DNA of 32,000 bases, from positions 2,788,545 to 2,820,544 of the forward strand of contig NC_014729.1 in NCBI RefSeq assembly GCF_000172995.2, read 5' to 3'. This DNA is from Halogeometricum borinquense DSM 11551 (GTDB taxonomy: Archaea > Halobacteriota > Halobacteria > Halobacteriales > Haloferacaceae). The first letter of the stretch is position 1. Each line of letters begins with the position of its first letter. The notes below the pieces were generated by a model that was given only the letters and a program-made list of their open reading frames with translations, did not search any database and was not told the origin of the DNA. Below, piece by piece: positions 1-6,327 of this stretch. Position numbers and translations under genes: made by a program.

Positions 1-387
1 CGGCCGTCGGGTCACGACGAGTTCGGACGGTCGCCGCTGTTTCTCACGTATCACGAGAACCGAGTCTCTAAGAACGCGTTTAGAGCGTGGATATACCGTG
101 CGACGCAGCCCTGTGTGGCGGGTACGTGCCCACACAACTACGACCGTGAGACGTGCGACTTCCGTCGTCACTCGACCGCAAGCCAGTGTCCGTCCTCAAG
201 GGCACCACATCACGTTCGCACTGGTTCGATTACGTGGCATCGAGACCGGGGATTTCCTCCGGAGGTGACCGCTGAACGCGTGAATGCGTCTCAGGAGGTT
301 ATCGAGAAGCACTACGACAAGGCTTCCCAGCGAGAGCGGATGGAGTTGCGCCGTCGCCCTCACCTGGGGAAGCTCGAAATCGAGTGA
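1..387 (+). CDS. Tyrosine recombinase / phage-type integrase, C-terminal fragment (5' end outside window)
   Basis: Frame 1 is open from nt 1 to TGA at 385-387; the ORF track lists only 115..387. Translation ...PLFLTYHENRVSKNAFRAWIYRATQPCVAGTCPHNYDRETCDF...APHHVRTGSITWHRDRGFPPEVTAERVNASQEVIEKHYDKA carries an HxxR box (HHVR) and the terminal catalytic-Tyr context (EKHYD) typical of haloarchaeal XerC/D-like integrases. Confidence 0.85.
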   Translation, partial: RPSGHDEFGRSPLFLTYHENRVSKNAFRAWIYRATQPCVAGTCPHNYDRETCDFRRHSTASQCPSSRAPHHVRTGSITWHRDRGFPPEVTAERVNASQEVIEKHYDKASQRERMELRRRPHLGKLEIE

Positions 388-407
388 GTCTGCTCCAGCA
401 GACTCAC
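384..407 (+). terminator. Perfect 10-bp stem / 4-nt loop hairpin overlapping the integrase stop codon
   Basis: GTGAGTCTGC-tcca-GCAGACTCAC read directly. No T-tract follows, so a terminator role is only a guess; it could equally be a recombinase or att-related site. Confidence 0.3.
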
Positions 408-467
408 CCAGTGAAGTGAGCCACACATCCCACTGTTTGGCTCACTCAACAGCATGAGCCAGAATTC

Positions 468-527
468 CACGTCAGACATCACGACTCACCAATCATGATG
501 AGCATCACGTCAGACTTCATGACTCAA
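468..527 (+). repeat. Imperfect 22-bp direct repeat, period 38 bp
   Basis: cacgtcagacAtcaCgactcaC (468-489) versus cacgtcagacTtcaTgactcaA (506-527), 19/22 identical. The core CACGTCA recurs at 953-959. Confidence 0.7.
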
Positions 528-737
528 CGGAGAGAGGTACCGGAGTGTAAAGAAAATCAGGGTGGTTGCGGGCCGGGCGGTCCCACTATTTCTGTCCGAA
601 CGAAGTGAGGATGAAATCGTCACGAGCGGCTGGTTTAAACTAGCGAGTGCAGCGAATCGGAACGAGTGAGAGGTCATATCCGGGCAGTTCCACTGCTACG
701 CGAACGGTACCAACTCACCGCACGAAAAGTTGAACCG

Positions 738-814
738 GGAGGATGGGAGGGGGGAAACCCGGCAACTTGGGAGGGGGGGGGAACGCCCTGACCACAGGGG
801 GGGAAGGGACAGGG
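738..814 (+). repeat. Cluster of G-tracts (G6, G9, G7 plus several GGG) on the + strand
   Basis: gggaggatgggaggggggaaacccggcaacttgggagggggggggaacgccctgaccacagggggggaagggacaggg, with G6 at 749-754, G9 at 773-781 and G7 at 797-803. ORF 743..934 here is just poly-Gly translation of the G runs. Confidence 0.85.
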
Positions 815-1089
815 CTACATGTCGTTTGTAGATACAATTACAAATACTCACTGGTACAGCTCAGTATATCGGAGCTAGATCATGCTCACCGCCTTAATAA
901 CGGAGGTGCAGATCCGATCACTCAGTGCCTCTAAAGTGCAACCTATTGGGATCACGTCATATATTGTCATGAAGAGATGACAATCGATATCCTCGAAACG
1001 GGTCCCCCGGCCGTCTCGTAGTGTGGTCGGAGCATCGCAAGGAAGGTGACGGCGACGACAGATTGAAGATCAGCGTTTCGTCGAATCAG

Positions 1090-1974
1090 TCACGCGGAGG
1101 TGCCACGTACTGCGGCGTCGTTTGCGTCGTCCGCGTTGTCCGAAGTGGCGAGCGAGCGATAGAACGCGACGGAAAACGTCAGCAAGAGGCCCGCGGACAG
1201 CCCCATCAGAATCGTCGCAAAGAGCGTGAGTGCGGCGGAAGCCACGATGGAGATCTGGGGAACCCCGGAGAGGACCTCGGAAAGGAGTGTGTTCGTCGCC
1301 GATGGCGAGAGTTGCGAGGAGAGAGTCGAAGCGGGAAGGCTCCCGAAGAATCCGAAAACGAGACTGATACCGAACACGACTACTGAGTAGCCGACCACTG
1401 GCCAGAAATTCTGCCGGACGATGCTGACGCTCCGAAAGAAACTGCTGAAAGCGCCCTCGTCGTCGAAGACGATGGCTTGTCCGTAGAACTGGATGAAAAT
1501 GAAGGGAATGAGAAACAGAAGAAGGAACAGGACACTGCCGACGACCATGATCAACAGTAAGACGGGGAAGAGTGCCTGAGGCGAGTCGAAAACAGGAATA
1601 ATGGCAACAAGCGTACCGAGACCAACGACCACCCACGCGATGGTTCCGAAGACGATGCTCCCGCCGAGAAGCAAGAGGTACGCTCCCAGCATCGACGTGT
1701 AGTGCCGTTTCCCCATCTCGACAAAGGTACCGAAGTTCGTCGTTCCGTCGAGTGCTTCGTCGGCCATGCCGAAGATTCCGCCGAAGATGAACGGAAGTAC
1801 CAGCACCGTAGCGACGAGGGATACCGCCGAAGCGATGATCGTGGTAGACGGTGCTGCCAACGGCACAAACTGGAGCGGGAGTTGGAAAAGTGCGAGAAGA
1901 ACTGTGATACCAGCAATGACGGGATTTCGTCGGAGGGCCTCAACCGCAGTTTGGAGGGAGTGGGCGACGACCAT
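1090..1974 (-). CDS. Multi-pass integral membrane protein, function unknown
   Basis: ORF 1090..2085 trimmed to ATG at 1974 (MVVAHSLQTAVEALRRNPVIAG...). It has about 6-7 long hydrophobic segments and an acidic tail (SDNADDANDA). The upstream 37 codons are basic and non-halophilic. Confidence 0.75.
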   Translation of the reverse strand: MVVAHSLQTAVEALRRNPVIAGITVLLALFQLPLQFVPLAAPSTTIIASAVSLVATVLVLPFIFGGIFGMADEALDGTTNFGTFVEMGKRHYTSMLGAYLLLLGGSIVFGTIAWVVVGLGTLVAIIPVFDSPQALFPVLLLIMVVGSVLFLLLFLIPFIFIQFYGQAIVFDDEGAFSSFFRSVSIVRQNFWPVVGYSVVVFGISLVFGFFGSLPASTLSSQLSPSATNTLLSEVLSGVPQISIVASAALTLFATILMGLSAGLLLTFSVAFYRSLATSDNADDANDAAVRGTSA

Positions 1975-2101
1975 AGTCGGATATTCCCGTCCTCGCGTTG
2001 AAAAACTTGGTGTTAGGTTGACAGATATTCGGATGTGCGGAGACGTTGAACGTTCGGAGACGACCGCCGGGTCTGGAACGAACACGAGGCGATGAAAGCG
2101 C

Positions 2102-2788
2102 TCAATCGTTCATATGCGCTTGCTCGAACGGATACGGCGGTAGGCGAAGTTCGTCCAGTCCGGGGAGGTGTTTGACGTTAAAGACGACTTTCATGTCATC
2201 AGTGAGGGGTGCACCCATACAGGAGAGTCGGATGTCGCTGTCGAGCATCGTCGAAGGGAGGATATGATCACCGGGCGTATCCATCTCGCCTTCAAAGACG
2301 GCGACAGCGCAGTTCGCGCACGCTCCACCACGGCAGGCGTACGGCCACGCATAGCCGCGGTTCTCGGCCGCTTCGAGAAGTGTCTCGTTCTCCTGAACGA
2401 GGAACTGTCCGTAGTCTTCGTGTGGGAGATTTGCCGCGGCCGCCTTCTCAAACAGGTCGTCGTCACCGAGATCCCACCCGTGGTCGTCGAGTACTTCGTA
2501 GTTCAGATACTCGATTTTCGATCTCAGTTCGTCCTCGTCTTCGTCGCCGTCATCCGGGACGCTTGCTGAGGAGGACGAAGAAGGCGTGTCACCCGAAACT
2601 TCGCCGTTGACGGCCTCAATCGGATGGCCCTCCTTGATCATCTCGTACGCCGAGCGGACGCGATTAAACTCCGCTGCGGAACCCCCTTGGTCGGGGTGCA
2701 CCTCGATGACCCGGCGTCTGAACGCTCGATCAACCTCCGCGTCGTCCGCATCCGGTTCGATCCCGAGAATCTCGAACGGAGAATCCAC
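2102..2788 (-). CDS. J-domain (DnaJ-like) / plant-type 2Fe-2S ferredoxin fusion protein
   Basis: J domain FEILGIEPDADDAEVDRAFRRRVIEVHPDQGGSAAEFNRVRSAYEMI with an HPD motif. C-terminal ferredoxin has CRGGACANC (CX4CX2C) plus a distal RLSCMG Cys. Start set at GTG 2788 (M-DSPFEILG); TTG 2932 and GTG 2899 are in-frame alternatives. Confidence 0.85.
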   Translation of the reverse strand: MDSPFEILGIEPDADDAEVDRAFRRRVIEVHPDQGGSAAEFNRVRSAYEMIKEGHPIEAVNGEVSGDTPSSSSSASVPDDGDEDEDELRSKIEYLNYEVLDDHGWDLGDDDLFEKAAAANLPHEDYGQFLVQENETLLEAAENRGYAWPYACRGGACANCAVAVFEGEMDTPGDHILPSTMLDSDIRLSCMGAPLTDDMKVVFNVKHLPGLDELRLPPYPFEQAHMND

Positions 2789-3071
2789 GCCGACGAGTAC
2801 GGGATGAGAACGTAAATCCTCTCCCTTCTCGGTAACACGAACGACGCGTACACTACAGCATTGACGGCGATTTGTACGTTCGACTGCACAGCCAGCCACC
2901 AGCGAGTGAGTGGGGGCTTGCAGACGGAACAAGGGAGAATTTCGGAGACCGTCAGACGCGCGTCAGACGCTCCGATGACGCCGCTCGTGAGTGATTATCA
3001 GAATCGTGAATCGCTGGATTAACTATAACTATTCTCGGCGTAGATTGCCAGAAAGTATCAGAGGTCAACCC

Positions 3072-3950
3072 GTGTCACGAGACTCACCCCCCGGGAGCAA
3101 TTCCGGACTTGAAACCGTCGGCGACGAACAGAAGAACCGGTCGGTCGAACAGACATCCGACGAGGAGCGTGCGACCGGCATTGTCGCCGAAACGTCGGAC
3201 GAGTCCGTCGAGCCGACCGAATTTGTCGATTCGGTGGTCGAGACGGCGCTCACTAACCCGGTGGCGGCAGGCGACGCTATTGGTGACCTCTTAGCCATCG
3301 TCCGCGACTGCGATGAGGACGCGAGAGTAGCGGCCGAGGAAGCGCTCGATTTGATGGGACTCCTCCGTCCTGTCGAGTTTGAGGTGTGGATAGGCGACAT
3401 AGTACAATTTGCGTCTGCCGACCGCGACGAACTCTCATTCGTCGGGTTGCGGGCACTCGCACAACTATCGGCGGTCCGCCCGGCAGTAGCAAAGAACGGG
3501 CTCGACGCCGCCATCAGCCGTTTGCAGGCACAGCACGTTCCGACACGCCGCGCCGCGATTGCCGTCGTCGGTGAAGTTGGAGAGGCGTTCCCAGAGGCAG
3601 TCACACAGACGGATAGACAGATTATGACCGCGATGCGTGACGCGAACTCGTCTGTCAGACTTGCTGGCGTGATGACTGCTGGGAAACTACTTGGAGCGGA
3701 GCCGAATCAGTTCCCCCGGACGGTATCGACGCTTCCCGAAACACTGGATGACGACGACGAAGAAGTGTGGGAGTACGCACACGCCGCTCTCATTCACTTT
3801 GTCCGCGAACATCCGTCCCAAGTACCCGAGAAACGGCACGTCATCGAACGACTGGCAACTGTCTCAGACGAAGAACTGGGTGTCCGCGAGGGCGCGACCA
3901 AAGACGCGATGACGACACTGCTCTCGTACGAACCCGGTTTCGACCTGTAG
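3072..3950 (+). CDS. Acidic HEAT/armadillo-like repeat protein, function unknown
   Basis: ORF 2991..3950. Repeated helical units with DxxVRxAA-type signatures (DEDARVAAEEALDLMG, TRRAAIAVVGEVGE, NSSVRLAGVMTAGKLLG). The first about 27 codons are AT-rich and promoter-like (ttaactataactatt), so the start is probably GTG 3072 or TTG 3045. Confidence 0.65.
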   Translation: MSRDSPPGSNSGLETVGDEQKNRSVEQTSDEERATGIVAETSDESVEPTEFVDSVVETALTNPVAAGDAIGDLLAIVRDCDEDARVAAEEALDLMGLLRPVEFEVWIGDIVQFASADRDELSFVGLRALAQLSAVRPAVAKNGLDAAISRLQAQHVPTRRAAIAVVGEVGEAFPEAVTQTDRQIMTAMRDANSSVRLAGVMTAGKLLGAEPNQFPRTVSTLPETLDDDDEEVWEYAHAALIHFVREHPSQVPEKRHVIERLATVSDEELGVREGATKDAMTTLLSYEPGFDL

Positions 3951-4019
3951 GACGCAACGACGCTTTTTACCCGCGACCGACGGCGAACGTTCAAATACGA
4001 ACAAGCGGCCAACGCCCTC

Positions 4020-4688
4020 GTGTCACGAGCCTCAACCCCATTCTCACATCTCGGACGGGCGGCGTACTGCCCGCGGCAACTGTACTACGCGGAACAACGC
4101 GACGACCAAGAACCGCCGTCAGAGGTGAAGCGAACCCGAAATCTGGCGTTTCGCTACGACGAGTTGCTGACGGCCGATAACGACGAACTCGACCGTCTGC
4201 CGCTTGCCGTCACGCCGGAGACGTACCGAGCGAATCTCGAACGCCTGACCGCCCGCGACGACTGGGCAGAGTTGGCGAATCCAACGGACCGGGAGGTGTT
4301 CCTGCGCGGACGCGACTGTCACGGAACCGCGCACAAGATACTCGATACGGACCCGCCGACGCCGACAGTCATCTCGCCGGGATCACCACCCGACCGCGGC
4401 GTGTGGGAACCCCAACGCGTCCGGGCCGTCGCCGTCGCCAAGGCAGTGGCGTGGGAGCGCGAGCGCGAGATTCCGCGCGCGTTAGTGGAGTATCCCGCCC
4501 ACGGCGTCGTTCGAACCGTCCGGCTAACGACGCGAAATACGGGCGCGTACCGCCGGACGCTGTGGACCGTCCGGCAGATGGAAGGCGTCCCATCGCGCGT
4601 GCGCGATTCATCGAAATGTGCCGCCTGCGAGTACCAGACATCCTGCGGGACGAAAACGCGCTCGCTGAAGTCACTGTTGGGGCTGTGA
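4020..4688 (+). CDS. Cas4/RecB-like (DUF83-type) 4-Cys protein, stand-alone
   Basis: N-terminal AAYCPRQLYY and C-terminal KCAACEYQTSC (CX2CX5C) reproduce the Cas4 Fe-S cysteine pattern. GTG start at 4020 with ttcaaatac about 25 nt upstream. Confidence 0.7.
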   Translation: MSRASTPFSHLGRAAYCPRQLYYAEQRDDQEPPSEVKRTRNLAFRYDELLTADNDELDRLPLAVTPETYRANLERLTARDDWAELANPTDREVFLRGRDCHGTAHKILDTDPPTPTVISPGSPPDRGVWEPQRVRAVAVAKAVAWEREREIPRALVEYPAHGVVRTVRLTTRNTGAYRRTLWTVRQMEGVPSRVRDSSKCAACEYQTSCGTKTRSLKSLLGL

Positions 4689-4714
4689 GCGCAAAAACAG
4701 TCTCCGGGGTCCGT

Positions 4715-5341
4715 TCAGTCTTCGACGGTCGGTGACTCGCCCACGTGGTCGGTCAACCACGTCTCGATAGCGTCCGCCATCGCGCCGCGGCGGTGAATCA
4801 CGTTTCGACTGGGGTCTACGACCGTACTCCCAGTGCCGCCGGGTGCTTCGCCCGCGTCGATGACCGCACCCACGCTATCCTTCAACGTCGCATCCAGTTG
4901 GTCCGGATGTGTCACGCTGGGGGCACCGCTTCGGTTCGCACTCGTCGCCGTCACGGGACAGTCGGCGCGGCGGAAGAAGTCGAGCGCTACCTCGTGGTCG
5001 GGGACGCGGACACCCACGCGGTCGCCGCCGGCGGTGAGAACGTCCGGGAGTTGGGAACCGCGTTCGACGACGACGGTGACCGGTCCGGGCAGAAATTCCG
5101 CCATGAAGTCAGCGTCGAACGAGGTCAACCGCGTGTACTCACGAGCGGCGTCCACATCGGGAACGCCGATAGAGAGCGGTTTGTCCCGAGAGCGGCCTTT
5201 CAACTCGAACACTCGTTCCACGGCGTCAGCGTCAGTCCCATCGGCACCGAGACCGTAGACCGTCTCCGTCGGGTACACAACTGCCGCACCCGCCTTGACG
5301 GCCGCAGCGGCGGCATCTATCGATTCGTCGAGATTCGACAT
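4715..5341 (-). CDS. tsaC: L-threonylcarbamoyladenylate synthase (YrdC/TsaC/Sua5 family, YrdC-domain-only form)
   Basis: VVYPTETVYGLGADGTDADAVERVFELKGRSRDKPLSIGV...GVRVPDH...VTATSANRSG are classic YrdC motifs. Trimmed from ORF 4715..5464 to ATG 5341 (MSNLDESID); the upstream part is Arg-rich junk. Confidence 0.9.
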   Translation of the reverse strand: MSNLDESIDAAAAAVKAGAAVVYPTETVYGLGADGTDADAVERVFELKGRSRDKPLSIGVPDVDAAREYTRLTSFDADFMAEFLPGPVTVVVERGSQLPDVLTAGGDRVGVRVPDHEVALDFFRRADCPVTATSANRSGAPSVTHPDQLDATLKDSVGAVIDAGEAPGGTGSTVVDPSRNVIHRRGAMADAIETWLTDHVGESPTVED

Positions 5342-5391
5342 CGCTCGTTGAGAGGAGGGGACGAACGGGTAAGAGCGTGCCGAAGCAGGGA

Positions 5392-5901
5392 TTACGCGTG
5401 TTCTGCGACGGCGGCGGCGATATCGTCGGCGTCCGGGAAGTCGGGCCACTCGCTTGCGACCCACGCGTACTGGACCGTCCGATTTTCGTCTACGAGGAAG
5501 ACCGCCGGGCGGTGTTCGGTGATCCCCGCCATTCCATCGAGAGGATTCTCGATATCGTACTCGGTTGCGACGGCGGCACCGGGGTCTGAGAAGAGGCGCG
5601 CATCAGCCTCGCGTTCTTCGAGGAACGCTTTGTGTTCGTACGGCGAGGAGATGGAGACGCCAACAGTCTGAATCTGGTCTGTGAGGTCGTGGTCGCGGAC
5701 AGCATCCCACAGGTACGTCGCCGGGAACGACCCATCCATCGGGTGAAAGAGGAGGAGGACCGGCCCTTCGTCGGTGAGTTCCGAGAGGGCAACGTCCTCC
5801 CAGTACTCATCGTTGACGAGCGGGCGCGTGAAATCCGGAGCGACATCGCCCGGTTCAGGGTGCTCCGACGCGGGCAACTCGACGACCTCGAAATCGACCA
5901 T
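5392..5901 (-). CDS. Redoxin/AhpC-TSA (peroxiredoxin-fold) family protein lacking any cysteine
   Basis: PGDVAPDFTRPLV...GPVLLLFHPMDGSFPATY aligns by eye to the Prx GxxAPDF...FYPxDxTPxCT block, with Ala in place of the peroxidatic Cys. The whole 169-aa product has no Cys. Confidence 0.75.
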   Translation of the reverse strand: MVDFEVVELPASEHPEPGDVAPDFTRPLVNDEYWEDVALSELTDEGPVLLLFHPMDGSFPATYLWDAVRDHDLTDQIQTVGVSISSPYEHKAFLEEREADARLFSDPGAAVATEYDIENPLDGMAGITEHRPAVFLVDENRTVQYAWVASEWPDFPDADDIAAAVAEHA

Positions 5902-6182
5902 CAGGCCGCACCCCCCGCATCGGAACCGTCGCCATAGGTGCGCTGTAGGTATTTGACGATGTTTGCGGACTCCGACATCGTGACACCCGTCTCGTCGTCA
6001 ACGATAGCCGGGACAGTTCGCTTGCCCGAGATGCGTTTGACGACGTTGCGGTCGGAGTGCATCGGTTCGACGAAGCGCGACTGGTAGGGTACATCGAGTT
6101 CCTGCAGGACACGAATCACCCGTTCACAGTACGGACACGCCTGTAAACGGTACACCGTAATCGCCGGAGTATCTCCCGTCAT
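5901..6182 (-). CDS. Glutaredoxin (CPYC active site)
   Basis: ITVYRLQACPYCERVIRVLQELDVPYQ...TVPAIVDDE. Trimmed to ATG 6182 (MTGDTPAITVY). Its stop overlaps the start of the downstream redoxin gene (TGATG at 5899-5903). Confidence 0.85.
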   Translation of the reverse strand: MTGDTPAITVYRLQACPYCERVIRVLQELDVPYQSRFVEPMHSDRNVVKRISGKRTVPAIVDDETGVTMSESANIVKYLQRTYGDGSDAGGAA

Positions 6183-6327
6183 GGACCGGTGTACGGTCGT
6201 TCTCTCCCTAAGCGCTTCGCCCCCGGAATCAACCGTCACAGACGGATGAAATCGGAAAAAACAACCATTCATTCGTGCGGGGTAGGGTAACTCTTAATTC
6301 CGGGGCCGGACAATTGGATGTACTTGC

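Noticed and set aside
223-232. ggttcgatta (T-loop-like) and tagctcag at 24176-24183 (D-loop-like) as tRNA or att fragments
   Set aside because: Neither can be extended into acceptor, D, anticodon or T stems. The first lies inside the integrase reading frame (TGSITW).
743-934. 63-aa ORF starting MGGGKPGNLGGGGNALTTGGEG
   Set aside because: The Gly runs are simply the translated G-tracts. The remainder is AT-rich with poor codon bias. Treated as non-coding.
738-1000. G-strings next to an AT-rich block as a replication origin (ORB + DUE)
   Set aside because: I could not find the TTCCA-N-TGGAAAC-type ORB core next to the G-runs; only a loose TTCCACTG at 688-695. No orc1/cdc6 gene is visible in the window. 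Kept as an untested possibility only.
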